Assembly: GCA_018826075.1 (NCBI GenBank)
Contig: JAHKAJ010000025.1
Span: 37,608-101,607, forward strand
DNA: 64,000 nt
Reading direction: 5' to 3'
Origin: Candidatus Omnitrophota bacterium
GTDB lineage: Bacteria > Omnitrophota > Gorgyraeia > Duberdicusellales > 4484-171
In this document: one piece after another, positions 36,313 to 46,518 of the stretch
Layout of the letters: each line of letters begins with the position of its first letter
Position numbering within the stretch: position 1 is the first letter of the stretch
Position numbers and translations under genes: made by a program
Notes under the pieces: generated by a model
The model's database searches: none
Told to the model about the DNA's origin: nothing
The model's input: the letters and a program-made list of their open reading frames with translations, nothing else

Positions 36313-36927
36313 TTATTTTATTATAAGCCTATTCAAGGTATCAGCAAGGGCTTTTTTAGAGCTGATTTTAGTAATTTTTTTCTTAGGATCAATGAGAAAA
36401 GCCTTGTAGCCCAAACGCATATCCTCTAAGCTGTTAGCAACCACAAAGTCGCTTTTACTCTTTCTAAGGCTCTGATAAGCCTTATCAATCAGCTGCTTTC
36501 GGCTAGCCTCGAGTTTAAATTGAATCAAGGTTGATTTCGGAGCTAACTTTCTGATCTTAACGATGATTTTTTCTGCCGGGATAAGTTTTAAATCCAGGCT
36601 CTTTCTCCCTGAAGCAATCTTTCCCGGCCAAGATGCCTTTAATTTATAGTCACTTACTGCGGCCATATGGATTATGAAATCAAAGCCTTTAGTTTTAACT
36701 AATCTAATGACCTTATCCTTAAATTCCTCAAAATAACGGTAATAAACCGCAGAAACCCCTTTGATCTTTCCAGTACAATGAGGGTTTATCAAAAGAGTTA
36801 CTGAATGGCCTTTTCTTTTTAACTCTTTGGCTAAATAAAGGCCACTTTTACCGCTAAACCGGTTAGTCAAAATCCTTACTGAATCGATCTTTATCCAGGT
36901 GGCCCCGGCAGTGATTAGTATCTTCAT
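36313..36927 (-). CDS. coaB: Phosphopantothenate-cysteine ligase (stand-alone)
   Basis: LITAG.T...ID.VR.LTN..SG..G, AAVSDY, FKLE and VAN. Confidence 0.88.
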   Translation of the reverse strand: MKILITAGATWIKIDSVRILTNRFSGKSGLYLAKELKRKGHSVTLLINPHCTGKIKGVSAVYYRYFEEFKDKVIRLVKTKGFDFIIHMAAVSDYKLKASWPGKIASGRKSLDLKLIPAEKIIVKIRKLAPKSTLIQFKLEASRKQLIDKAYQSLRKSKSDFVVANSLEDMRLGYKAFLIDPKKKITKISSKKALADTLNRLIIK

Positions 36928-38789
36928 ATGTCCCGCTTGCGAGTAGAAGACAAGACCAGCATCCGCAAAGATTCATCATCCCGCATCCGCATCCAGTTTT
37001 TATAAAAATTATGTTCGCGGACGATCTGGGCGATAGCCATCAAAGAACGCAGGTGAAAATTCCGCTCATTGCGCGAACCAGCTAAAACAAAAACAATATG
37101 GACCGGCGGCTTATCCGGGAAAAAGATTATCCCGGCTTTGGAACGGACAATAAGTATTTCAAAACGGTTATCTTCCTTGACTACGATATGCGGAAGAGCC
37201 AGGCCTTCTTCGATCACCGTGGTTGACTGTTGTTCTCTTTCAATAAGCAAGTCTTTGATTTCTTTCTGGTCGACATTAAGGCGCAGGCTAAGGATCTCCG
37301 AAGCTACTGAGAAAAAATCATCGCGGGAAATACTGCCGGTCAGGTCTAGGACCGGACATTTCTCGATTAAATGGTCAAAACGGTCTTTAATCACATTGTC
37401 ACGCTTATGCAGGATCTCTTTTAACTCATCTTCCAGGGAATTATCCACAAACTCCTTGGCAGTCACCCGCTCAACAATATGCATCAGGGCTGACTGGCGT
37501 TTGATGGTCCGGGCTGAAAAAACAAACCAGACTAGGCTCACGCCGATAAAAGAAAAACTTATCAACAGCGGAACTTTGCCCATCTCAAAAATCAAAAAAC
37601 TGTAGGCAATGATCGCGACTATCTGAATCCAGGGATAAAGCGGCGATTTAAAAGTCGGCCGATAATTTATGATCCGGCTCTCGCGCATAATGATCAGGGA
37701 AAGGTTGACAAAAATAAACAGCATCAGCATCAAAGTCGATGCGGTTTTGACTAAAGTCTTTAAGTCCAAAAATAAAATTAAAAATACCATAAACAGGCCG
37801 GTAAAAAAAATCGAAACATAAGGGATATTGTGCCTTTTAGAGACTAGCGAAAAAACCTTAGGCAAAAAACCGTCTTTAGCCATGGCCAAAGGAATCCGCG
37901 AAGAAGAAAGTACCCCAGCATTAGCAGTGGTAAAAAAAGCGATCATTGCTGCCAGCGATAGAAATATTGCCAAAGGTATCCCGCCTAATTTTAAAGCCCC
38001 GTGAGTCAAAGGGGTAAGTGTTGAGCCAAAGCTTTGAGCTGGAAGAATACTTATGGTAACTGCTACTGACAAGACATAGATTATCTGGACCACGAAAAAC
38101 GACAAAAACATCCCTAAAGGAATAGTTTTTGAAGGATTTTTTGTGTCTTCGGCTATTGAGGCTACTTTAGTCAAACCACCGAAAGAGATAAAAACCATGC
38201 CGGCTACTGAAAAAAACGGCCCGATTTCTACCGGCAAGAATGATTGGATATTTTGCAGAGAAACTTTATTAATCCCTAAAACTATATACAGGCCGCAGGC
38301 CAGAAGAAGAATAATCACCATGATATTTTGGAGACCGGCGCTTAGCTTTACGCTGGAAAGATTAACTAGTACAAAAATAAGGCAAAAAAATACTGCGGCC
38401 AGCTTTACATAGAAATAAAACTGAGGGTCGGCTATCGAACTTTGGGGAAGTAAATATTCCAGAAAGGCACCGATTCCCACCAAAGCAAAAGCACTCTTTA
38501 AACTGATTGAAAACCAGTTAGCCAGGCCGCCGAAGATACCCAGGAAAGGGCCGAAGCTTCTTTCGATATAAAAATAGTCGCCGCCGGATTTGGGCATGGC
38601 GCTAAGCAGTTCAGATTTACTCATTATCGAGGGGATCATCAAGATCCCGGCAAAAAAATAGGCTGAAACAATCGAAGAGCCGCCATAACGGTAGGCGATA
38701 GCCGGAAGGACAAACAGGCCGGAAGAGATCATTGCTCCAGTAGCAATGCAGAAAATATCCCATAAATTAAGCTTTTGACCGCTACTCAT
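36924..38789 (-). CDS. APC-family amino acid permease fused to a PTS EIIA-like domain
   Basis: GAMISSGLF, GGDY and E..KNP motifs; 12 TM helices; C-terminal RE...TT.I..GLALPH EIIA motif. Confidence 0.88.
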   Translation of the reverse strand: MSSGQKLNLWDIFCIATGAMISSGLFVLPAIAYRYGGSSIVSAYFFAGILMIPSIMSKSELLSAMPKSGGDYFYIERSFGPFLGIFGGLANWFSISLKSAFALVGIGAFLEYLLPQSSIADPQFYFYVKLAAVFFCLIFVLVNLSSVKLSAGLQNIMVIILLLACGLYIVLGINKVSLQNIQSFLPVEIGPFFSVAGMVFISFGGLTKVASIAEDTKNPSKTIPLGMFLSFFVVQIIYVLSVAVTISILPAQSFGSTLTPLTHGALKLGGIPLAIFLSLAAMIAFFTTANAGVLSSSRIPLAMAKDGFLPKVFSLVSKRHNIPYVSIFFTGLFMVFLILFLDLKTLVKTASTLMLMLFIFVNLSLIIMRESRIINYRPTFKSPLYPWIQIVAIIAYSFLIFEMGKVPLLISFSFIGVSLVWFVFSARTIKRQSALMHIVERVTAKEFVDNSLEDELKEILHKRDNVIKDRFDHLIEKCPVLDLTGSISRDDFFSVASEILSLRLNVDQKEIKDLLIEREQQSTTVIEEGLALPHIVVKEDNRFEILIVRSKAGIIFFPDKPPVHIVFVLAGSRNERNFHLRSLMAIAQIVREHNFYKNWMRMRDDESLRMLVLSSTRKRDI

Positions 38790-38836
38790 AACCAGAAAAT
38801 CATATCATAATTAGGCCTAAGAATAAAGACCCATTT

Positions 38837-38939
38837 AATCGGGACACATCCCATTTAAATACTCCCCGATTCCATTAAGCTAGCTAGCCCCGATTACCTA
38901 AGCAAGACAAGGGCTTTTTAAATGGGATGTGTCCCGATT
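38837..38939. repeat. 103-bp element with perfect 23-bp terminal inverted repeats
   Basis: aatcgggacacatcccatttaaa (38837-38859) and its reverse complement (38917-38939). Confidence 0.85.
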
Positions 38940-39017
38940 TTTTCGCCAATTTTTTTATTTGAAAAATTCAAGAAATATGGTATAACAATGAAACCAATTA
39001 GAATCAAGGAGGAATCA

Positions 39018-39173
39018 ATGGCTGAAGTAAAAATTAGCAAAAATGAAGATTTTGAACGGGCTTTAAGAGGCTTCCGGGCTCAATGCAAGAAAGAAGGGAT
39101 CGTTAAAAAATTCAGAGAACGCCAGTACTTTATCAAACCCTCTGAGCGCCGCCGGACCAAGAAGAAAAAATAG
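39018..39173 (+). CDS. rpsU: 30S ribosomal protein bS21
   Basis: MAEVKI...FERALR.F...KEG...R.YF.KPSERRR; RBS AGGAGG before ATG 39018. Confidence 0.93.
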   Translation: MAEVKISKNEDFERALRGFRAQCKKEGIVKKFRERQYFIKPSERRRTKKKK

Positions 39174-39186
39174 TTAAAACTCCTCT

Positions 39187-42051
39187 CTAAAAGCAAAAAC
39201 CCTTAAACGGGCAATTTTGGCATTTACGCTCTTCTCTTTCCGGTAAAAACGGTATACCGGAATCAAACAACTCATCAATAATAACCTCTAAACTTTCTAA
39301 ACAGATTTTAATCAACTTCTCTCTCTGGGAATAATCCAAATCAGAGATAAACTGATTATGCTCAAGAGTCCTTAGATTATACAATTCGGCATTCAAACTT
39401 TTTTCGGGAAATTCCCGGGAAATAAAATGATAGTAAAGCGGCAGCTGAAATGATTTTATATTCTCTTTTATCGACTCCCGCTCCAACGGCATATTTTTCA
39501 GGCTGTTAAAACTCTTAGGCATGATGTCTGAACCGCCGGTCTTATAGTCAATGATCAAAAGGCTTGAATCTTCCAATTCATCGATACGGTCAAGAGTATA
39601 GTTAAAGTTTAAACTATAGCCGCTGAAATCCAATGAACTGCTGCGCTTTTCTTCAAGGCCGACCAGGCGCTTTACCGGGCGTTCTTTTTCCTGGTCTAAA
39701 AAACTCTCCAGGCGTTTTCGGATAATCCGTTTTAGAAGAAAGGAATCGGACCTCATCCGGGCAGCCAGCTGTTGGTCAAATTTCTTATCCATCCTGGCAA
39801 AAAAGTGTTTAACAAATTTATCGTCGATTGAAGGCTTGCGGCCTTTAAAATCGGAAAAAGTCTCCTCGAGGATCTCGTGGATAAAATTCCCGATATGCCA
39901 GCTTTGCGGCTCATCCAAAAGGTCATCTTTGGCTTTTAAACCCAAAACATACTGATAATAAAATTTTAACGGGCACTGTAAATAAGTGTTTATCCGGCTG
40001 GCTGAATAAACTTGAGCCTTTAAAGATTCGATCACCTGGGGCGTCTTGGGAATCTGATATTTACGCAGGCTGGCAATCAGGGAAAACGAACTTAAGGGAA
40101 TCTCCGGGGTCAGATACTGGGATTTTTCTCTCTGGATCTTCCAGAAGATCTCTTCGATAAAACGGCTCCTCTCTTTAGCCGGGTTTTTCTCATAAATCAG
40201 ATAGGCCCGGCGGCTGGAAGCGACCAAAGAGTTGAATTGATACCTTTGGATCTCCTCCTCTTTCTCCAAGCGGTTTAATCCCAAATTAAGCATCACTTCA
40301 CGGGGGACCAAAGGTTCATAGATCTTTAATTTAGGCAAAACCCCTTCATTCATCCCGGTAATAATAACGTTCTCAAAGCTTAGCGAACGGGTTTCAAACA
40401 AACCCAGGATCTGGGTTCCCTTTAACGGCGAACCGGAAAAAGCGATTTTTTCATAACTTAGTTTCTGCTCAAAAATATCCCAAATCTGACTGAGGCTAAA
40501 CGGTTCGTCACTGAAAGTCAGATTCCCCAACTCTTCAGCCAGCGTCATTAACTTTTCAATGACTTTTAAATTAAAGGGAAATTTGTCCAGGCTGCTGTTT
40601 TCAATCAAAAAAAGCAAAAATTCAGTCAAACTTTTACTGAATTTAGAAAAACTATCGGCCTCTTGCCAATTCAAGAATAAAAGCTGATGAAGTTTACGCA
40701 GAAGCTTACGGCATTGGCTTTGCGAAAAATCAATACCCATGCTTTCCAAAGTCTCTGTCGCCAGGGAATAGATCTTGTCTTCGCTCTCGATCTGAGAAAG
40801 CTCTAAAAATAAACTGCCGCTGATTGTGCTGGGCTGGCTTGCCGAAATCAACTCCTCCAACTTATGGACAATAACTCTGGTTGCGGCAGGATCCTGAATG
40901 ATCTTGAGGTTTTTAACCATCGGGTGCCGGATGAGGTTTAAATAGTCGCGGGTATAAACCTTCTGGCCGCGCCGGCTTTCCTGGGCGCGGCGCAAAACAA
41001 CAAACAAAGCATAAAGAGAACTTCTGGCTAAAGGATAACCCATGGAAATATTACATTCATCAACTGCCGGAGAGATTTCGCTAAGCACGGCTATCAAATT
41101 GTCGGCTTGAGGAAGAACGATCACCGTATCTTGCTTATTCTCGATTTTCTTAAAGATCTCCCCGACCAAAGCCGCTTCCGACTGTTTATCAAACGCCTGG
41201 TAAAATTTTAACTCCGGGCTGGCTGCTTTATTGACTGGCGGCTCAAACCGACTATCAAACTCCCGGAAGTTTTTTTCAAGCACTGACCAATCCTGGCCTG
41301 AACCCTGAAATAAATACAAACCTTTGCCTTTAGCCTTGATCTCTTTCATGATCCGGGATTCGGTTTTCTGCAGATAAAAAAAGTTACAGAAGATAATCGA
41401 CTCAAATTCCTTAAAATCCTTGTCTTTGATTTTTTGGGAAGCTTGCCGATAGAGGCGACCGCGGGTATATAAATCCTTTTTGCTTAAGTTTTCCTGATAG
41501 GCCCGGCGGATAGCCACGATCCGCTCAAGAAGAGCATTGATGCTTTCAGGGATCTCATAGCCGATCTTAGCGCTTTTCTCGATATCTTTAAGGCTGGAAT
41601 CACTGATATCTTCCAGGTCAAGCTGTTCGATAAATGAACTGATCTCTCTGGCCCAGGGTAAAAATTCGCTGAAAGTTTCTCTTTTGTTAAGCAAACCCGG
41701 AGCGATCTCGGCGGCGATCTTATAGATAGAATAAGCCGCCTCCAGGTCGCTGATCAACTTCAGCTTCGGTTCGGCGACAATGTATTCGACAAACTCATCG
41801 ATAGTAAAAACTTTAGGCGGGTAAAAAGGTTTTTTTATTTTTTCGCTTAAAGATTTGCGCAGGAACAACCCCGGCCGGCGGCCGCCGAAAACACAAGCCA
41901 GATTGCTGAAATCAACCCTTCGACTACGCTTAGGGTTGATACTGAGCGAAGTCGAAGTATCAAAATCCGGCCGCTTAAACTCCTCGAGGATAAATCCCGA
42001 CAGGTTATCAATAAAATTATCGCCTAAATCCCAGGTTATTACTTTTGACAT
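39187..42051 (-). CDS. addB: AddB-like PD-(D/E)xK nuclease subunit
   Basis: Inactive-helicase-like N-terminus, SASRINTY..CP, DRID..IIDYKTG, FQLPLY and terminal CxxCx5C Fe-S ligands. Confidence 0.82.
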   Translation of the reverse strand: MSKVITWDLGDNFIDNLSGFILEEFKRPDFDTSTSLSINPKRSRRVDFSNLACVFGGRRPGLFLRKSLSEKIKKPFYPPKVFTIDEFVEYIVAEPKLKLISDLEAAYSIYKIAAEIAPGLLNKRETFSEFLPWAREISSFIEQLDLEDISDSSLKDIEKSAKIGYEIPESINALLERIVAIRRAYQENLSKKDLYTRGRLYRQASQKIKDKDFKEFESIIFCNFFYLQKTESRIMKEIKAKGKGLYLFQGSGQDWSVLEKNFREFDSRFEPPVNKAASPELKFYQAFDKQSEAALVGEIFKKIENKQDTVIVLPQADNLIAVLSEISPAVDECNISMGYPLARSSLYALFVVLRRAQESRRGQKVYTRDYLNLIRHPMVKNLKIIQDPAATRVIVHKLEELISASQPSTISGSLFLELSQIESEDKIYSLATETLESMGIDFSQSQCRKLLRKLHQLLFLNWQEADSFSKFSKSLTEFLLFLIENSSLDKFPFNLKVIEKLMTLAEELGNLTFSDEPFSLSQIWDIFEQKLSYEKIAFSGSPLKGTQILGLFETRSLSFENVIITGMNEGVLPKLKIYEPLVPREVMLNLGLNRLEKEEEIQRYQFNSLVASSRRAYLIYEKNPAKERSRFIEEIFWKIQREKSQYLTPEIPLSSFSLIASLRKYQIPKTPQVIESLKAQVYSASRINTYLQCPLKFYYQYVLGLKAKDDLLDEPQSWHIGNFIHEILEETFSDFKGRKPSIDDKFVKHFFARMDKKFDQQLAARMRSDSFLLKRIIRKRLESFLDQEKERPVKRLVGLEEKRSSSLDFSGYSLNFNYTLDRIDELEDSSLLIIDYKTGGSDIMPKSFNSLKNMPLERESIKENIKSFQLPLYYHFISREFPEKSLNAELYNLRTLEHNQFISDLDYSQREKLIKICLESLEVIIDELFDSGIPFLPEREERKCQNCPFKGFCF
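41911..41961. repeat. Double-hairpin palindromic repeat inserted in frame in addB
   Basis: atcaaccct-tcgactacgctt-agggttgat overlapping gatact-gagcgaagtcga-agtatc; flanked by aaatc direct repeats 54 bp apart. Confidence 0.8.
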
Positions 42052-42068
42052 AAGCTATTCAAAGTCAA

Positions 42069-45000
42069 CTATAGCGCGACTTCTTCCAACGAAAAATCAT
42101 CTAAATAAACCAAAAAACCCTTTAAAGATTTTTCAGGATAGATAGCTGAAAATATCTGCAGGTATTCTTTGATCTGACGGCGGTGTTCGGCTTCATTTTT
42201 AGCCGCAGCCTTATAATCGACTATCACCGCTTCTTTATCCTTAATTATCAGCCGATCGACTCTTTTTAAATTGCCGTAGCGATCAACTACCTCTTTCTCG
42301 CAAAATACTTTACCCTCAAAAAGATAAAAAATATCTTTAAACTCATCCCGCGACAAAAACTCCTCCAGCTTCTCAAGATAAGGAGAAAAATCCTTAACCA
42401 AAGGGTAAAACCCTTTCAGGCCAGAGATCGCTGCTTGAGCTATCAGTTTCGGATCTTTCTTGAAACAATTACCGATTCGGCTGAGCAAAGCATGGATCAA
42501 GTTTCCCTCGATGATCTTTTCCCGGTTGATCAATTCCTGCCGGTTGGCCTCTTCCTGCTTGAGCAAGCTTATCCAATCACTGTAGGTTTGCGGCCGGATT
42601 TGGATCATCGGCTGGCTCAAATCAGGCTCAAGGCCCGGGTAATGGCGCTGACTACCTGATTCAGTCAACTTTTCAGGAATAAAAAAAGCCGCCTTATTTA
42701 AGCTTGCCCCGCTTTTTTTAGGGATAAAAATATAAAGTTCGTATTGCGGCCGGGTCAAAGCCACATAGATATTGTTCAATTCGTCAACGCAGGCTTTTTT
42801 GTAACTATCCAGGTATATGGCCTTAAGTTTTTTTGAAAAAAGACGATGATTCTTGGTGATCCTGACTAAACCCAGGTTATCCATACCCTGCGGACAAACA
42901 TAAGAGTTTGTCCCTTTGGTTCCGGTCTCCGACTTTATATCGATCTTGAAAAAAGGAATGATCACTACCGGAAATTCCAACCCCTTGGACTTATGAATAG
43001 TCAAAACCTTGACTGAGCTGCTATGGGTAATGTTAACGTAAAGATCCTCGCTAGAAGCATTCTCCAGGTACTGGAAAAAATCCTCCATCCCAACGCATTC
43101 ATCTTCGCTCTTTTTTATCAACTCTAAAAATTTCATCAGAAAAGCCTGCTGGCCGGAAAATCTTTTTAAAAGGTCAAAACGGCTGTAAATACTCAAAACC
43201 AGCTCATAGACCGAAATAAATCCGACATTCTGGTAAAAATCCTGTATATACTCTTGCCAAACCCCGGGGTATTGCTGGCTAAATTTACGGTAAAGGTAAG
43301 TCGAATCCTGGGAGCGGTTTTTAGGATTGACCTCAAAGATAAATTCACGGATTTCTTCAACTGAAGAACCGCTTAATCGGCTAAAAATCTCCCCTAAAAT
43401 AAAACCGGCAAAATTTAGATCGTCAATCGGTGAATGCAGGAATTTTAAAAAGCAGATTATCTCCTTGATAAAGGAGTTCTCAATGACGTTAAGGGTCTTT
43501 TCCGACTCAACCGGTATCCCTTCGGAAAGCAGCCAGGAACTTAACAGCTCGACTTCCGAATTATCCCGAGCCAGCAAGGCAATATCTTCAGCTTGAAAAC
43601 GCTGGCGCAGGCTATTGATCAAGGCAATGAGTTTCGGCTGGATGATCTGGTTGCGCTCCTGCTGGTTTTTCTCATCAAGCCGCTCTACGGCTACATAACC
43701 CCAAAGATTTTCCGGGCGGCCCTTTTGCTCGGCATCTCTAAAAATATCAATAACCTCGTTTATATCTCCGGATAGCTCATCGCTTATCCCTGAACAATCA
43801 AGAGCCAACTTAAGGTTATCGTTTGAAAATACCTGGTTGTTGAACTCGATGATCTCTTTTTGGCTGCGCCAGTTATTGGTAAGTTGCGCCGGTATAACGT
43901 TATAACGGGAAAATTCGGCCTTGATCTGATCAAACAAGCGCACTTCTCCGCCGCGGAAACGGTAAATCGCCTGTTTTTTATCGCCGACATAAAACAACGA
44001 GCCGCCGGTGGAAAGGGCATCTTCGATCATCGGTTCCAGATTTCGCCACTGCAAAACACTGGTATCCTGAAACTCATCGATCAAGTAATGTTTAAAATGA
44101 GCGGCTAAGCGATAGTAGGCCTCGGCAACGGTGAAGCCTTGATTGTCAAAAAGTAAACGGGCTTTCCAGTTAAGTTCTTCCAAAAACAAAAGGTCTTCTT
44201 TTTTAGATACAACCTGAAAAAAACCCAGCAGTTTACCAAAAAGATCAATGTAAGGGTTATAAGCCACCATAGCATCAAGCTCACTCAAAGATACCAGTTG
44301 TTTATGGACTTTCTGCCAAATTTTGGAAAAATCTCCGGAATAGTCAGAACCTTTATTCATCAACGGGCCGGGTTTACTAAAACCCTGGGGTAACTGGGCC
44401 AGATCAAAAATGTCTTGGTTTTTATCGAGAAACTTAAGGATCCCCCGGCGGGTATTGGCATTCATCCCTTCGGGAAGCTGGCTGGACAACTCTTCGATCA
44501 GTGAATAGACCTTTTTCTTGGCTTTTATGATATCAGAACTTTTACCGGGGTAACCCTTAAACAGCCCCCCGAACTTATTGCTTAAGGTAAACAAAGAATG
44601 CATTAACCCCAGGATATCCTCTTTGGGAAACCAGCCTTTGCGATTTTCGACAAATAAGTAATGGTCGAGAAAGTCTTCAAAAAGCTTTAAAGTCTCCTTA
44701 TCACTGGACGCCTGGTCGATCAGTAAATCCAGGCAATAAGTCAAGTAGCTTTGATAATCACGCTTTATTTTAAAACTGGCTGAACGCTCGATGTTTAAAG
44801 CCGAACCTAAAAGAAGGGCATTGATAAAACTATCAATAGTCTGGACTTGGAAAAAATTATAGTGCCGGATTATTTGTTCAACGATATCCCGGGCGGCTGT
44901 CTTGGCCTGTTCCTGGCTCAATCCCAGCAACTCCAGGATATCCTGTTTTTCTTTAGGCGAAGAGAAACTGTCGAGAGCGATCCTTTTAAGCAACTCTAAG

Positions 45001-45212
45001 ATCCGCTCCTTCATCTCAAAGGTAGCTTTATTGGTAAAAGTAATGGCCAGAATCGAAGCTAAAGGTATTTTTCCCTGGCCAAGGCGGGGATCGATCAACA
45101 GCTTAAGGTATCGTTTAGCCAGGGCAAAGGTTTTTCCTGAACCGGCAGAAGCCTCGACTACCAGGACTTGAGGAAATTTAAGAAGGTTGGGATCGTTGTT
45201 GGCGCCCATCAA
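42069..45212 (-). CDS. addA: AddA-like UvrD helicase-nuclease
   Basis: ASAGSGKT, TFTNKA..EM, IDEFQDT, GDKKQAIYRFRGG, TIHKSKGLEF, YVALTR and C-terminal DYK nuclease. Confidence 0.9.
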   Translation of the reverse strand: MMGANNDPNLLKFPQVLVVEASAGSGKTFALAKRYLKLLIDPRLGQGKIPLASILAITFTNKATFEMKERILELLKRIALDSFSSPKEKQDILELLGLSQEQAKTAARDIVEQIIRHYNFFQVQTIDSFINALLLGSALNIERSASFKIKRDYQSYLTYCLDLLIDQASSDKETLKLFEDFLDHYLFVENRKGWFPKEDILGLMHSLFTLSNKFGGLFKGYPGKSSDIIKAKKKVYSLIEELSSQLPEGMNANTRRGILKFLDKNQDIFDLAQLPQGFSKPGPLMNKGSDYSGDFSKIWQKVHKQLVSLSELDAMVAYNPYIDLFGKLLGFFQVVSKKEDLLFLEELNWKARLLFDNQGFTVAEAYYRLAAHFKHYLIDEFQDTSVLQWRNLEPMIEDALSTGGSLFYVGDKKQAIYRFRGGEVRLFDQIKAEFSRYNVIPAQLTNNWRSQKEIIEFNNQVFSNDNLKLALDCSGISDELSGDINEVIDIFRDAEQKGRPENLWGYVAVERLDEKNQQERNQIIQPKLIALINSLRQRFQAEDIALLARDNSEVELLSSWLLSEGIPVESEKTLNVIENSFIKEIICFLKFLHSPIDDLNFAGFILGEIFSRLSGSSVEEIREFIFEVNPKNRSQDSTYLYRKFSQQYPGVWQEYIQDFYQNVGFISVYELVLSIYSRFDLLKRFSGQQAFLMKFLELIKKSEDECVGMEDFFQYLENASSEDLYVNITHSSSVKVLTIHKSKGLEFPVVIIPFFKIDIKSETGTKGTNSYVCPQGMDNLGLVRITKNHRLFSKKLKAIYLDSYKKACVDELNNIYVALTRPQYELYIFIPKKSGASLNKAAFFIPEKLTESGSQRHYPGLEPDLSQPMIQIRPQTYSDWISLLKQEEANRQELINREKIIEGNLIHALLSRIGNCFKKDPKLIAQAAISGLKGFYPLVKDFSPYLEKLEEFLSRDEFKDIFYLFEGKVFCEKEVVDRYGNLKRVDRLIIKDKEAVIVDYKAAAKNEAEHRRQIKEYLQIFSAIYPEKSLKGFLVYLDDFSLEEVAL

Positions 45213-45248
45213 TCACAAATTGTTTTTAACCGGAGAGGATGGCAAAGA

Positions 45249-45599
45249 TTACGTTGGAAACCGTTCCTGTAACTTTTTAAAATAATAGGCGGAAAATAAC
45301 GATTCTTTTGAAGGCTCAACATCCAGCATCTCGCCGCCGCAAAAATATCCCTGTTCAGGGCCGACAAATTCTGACCAAGCTACCACCAGCTTAAACTGGA
45401 TCGACTCAAGCTCTTCAGGAATAAAATATTCGATAAACAGAACCTGGCCCTTTTTCCACTCGGTATCACTGGAAAAACAGATGCCCATCAGTGAGATATC
45501 TTTGGCTTTACCCTTGTAGATTTTCCCGACTTCGTTTAAGGGGCGAACCTCAACAAAGTCCCCCACGTTTAACCTTATCAGGCGGCGCCGATTATCCAT
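45249..45599 (-). CDS. PilZ-domain protein
   Basis: RRRLIR and DISLMG motifs. Confidence 0.85.
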   Translation of the reverse strand: MDNRRRLIRLNVGDFVEVRPLNEVGKIYKGKAKDISLMGICFSSDTEWKKGQVLFIEYFIPEELESIQFKLVVAWSEFVGPEQGYFCGGEMLDVEPSKESLFSAYYFKKLQERFPT

Positions 45600-45648
45600 A
45601 ATAAATTATTATATCAAAAAAAAGCAAATAAAAAAGGTCGACCTTTTT

Positions 45649-45810
45649 GGGGACAGGTCCCACTTTATAAACCTAATGTTTTCAATGCTTTTCTGACCAT
45701 TTTTTCAAATTCCTGAAATCTTTCTTTTTCCTCTAAGCATTTTTGATTTTTAAAAAATACAGCAAATAGCGTTTGATTTTACTGGGCTAATTTGACCGGG
45801 ACCTGTCCCC
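45649..45810. mobile_element. 162-bp MITE-like element, copy 2
   Basis: Same TIRs, same length and colinear internal similarity to 12555-12716. Confidence 0.8.
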
Positions 45811-45812
45811 GA

Positions 45813-46478
45813 TTAAAAATAGGTGGATTTTTTGGCCTGCTTTAAGATGGCCCGGCGGGTCCTGGTTTCCAGGTTGATTCCTTTACGATGGGCAATATTA
45901 GCTAAATCAATAACTATACCGCACAATAATTTCTCACTATTTTTACTTTTTTCCAAAGCTTTGACTTTAGCCTTTAAATCAACATAGGGTTTCTGACAGC
46001 TGGTTTTTTTAAAGTTTTCACCCTGCAAATAAGAAAGCTCTTTAAAAAAAATATCGGCTAAAAGTAAAGACGGTGCGGCTTGAGCCAAACGGTCTTTGAT
46101 CGAACGGCGTTTTTTCTGCTTGGCTTTACTGTTGACCCAATGCTTTAAAACTTCCTCTTTGTTGTTAAGCTTTTTTTTGCCAAAAACATGGGGATGGCGA
46201 GAGATCAACTTATGGTTTATGGTTTTAAATACTTCTTTAAGATCAAAGTTTCCTTTCTGGCGAAACATCTCGGTAATAACCACCAGAATCAAAAAAATAT
46301 CGCCCAGCTCCTCCTTGACTGACTTTAGCTGTTTCTTATCAATGGCATCGATAAGCTCATAGACTTCTTCCAGGAGGAAATTCTCCATGTTTTTAATCTT
46401 CTGGGCCCGGTCCCAGGGGCATCCCTTCGGCGAACGCAAAACTCTTACGGTTTTTAGAAGCTGGTTAAATTCTTTCAT
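45813..46478 (-). CDS. mazG: MazG nucleotide pyrophosphohydrolase (second domain degenerate)
   Basis: LR...GCPWD..Q, EEVYE, EELGD and RHPHVFG. Confidence 0.9.
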   Translation of the reverse strand: MKEFNQLLKTVRVLRSPKGCPWDRAQKIKNMENFLLEEVYELIDAIDKKQLKSVKEELGDIFLILVVITEMFRQKGNFDLKEVFKTINHKLISRHPHVFGKKKLNNKEEVLKHWVNSKAKQKKRRSIKDRLAQAAPSLLLADIFFKELSYLQGENFKKTSCQKPYVDLKAKVKALEKSKNSEKLLCGIVIDLANIAHRKGINLETRTRRAILKQAKKSTYF

Positions 46479-46518
46479 TTTTAGCAAAGGTCCGGCTGAT
46501 TAGTTTGTTTTATTGCCT

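Noticed and set aside
37069-37605. 178-aa plus-strand ORF and the many other short antisense ORFs in the track
   Set aside because: They lie opposite well-supported genes and have no recognisable motifs or RBS.
38922-39017. N-terminal extension of rpsU (MGCVPIF...)
   Set aside because: It begins inside the inverted repeat; a strong RBS supports ATG 39018.
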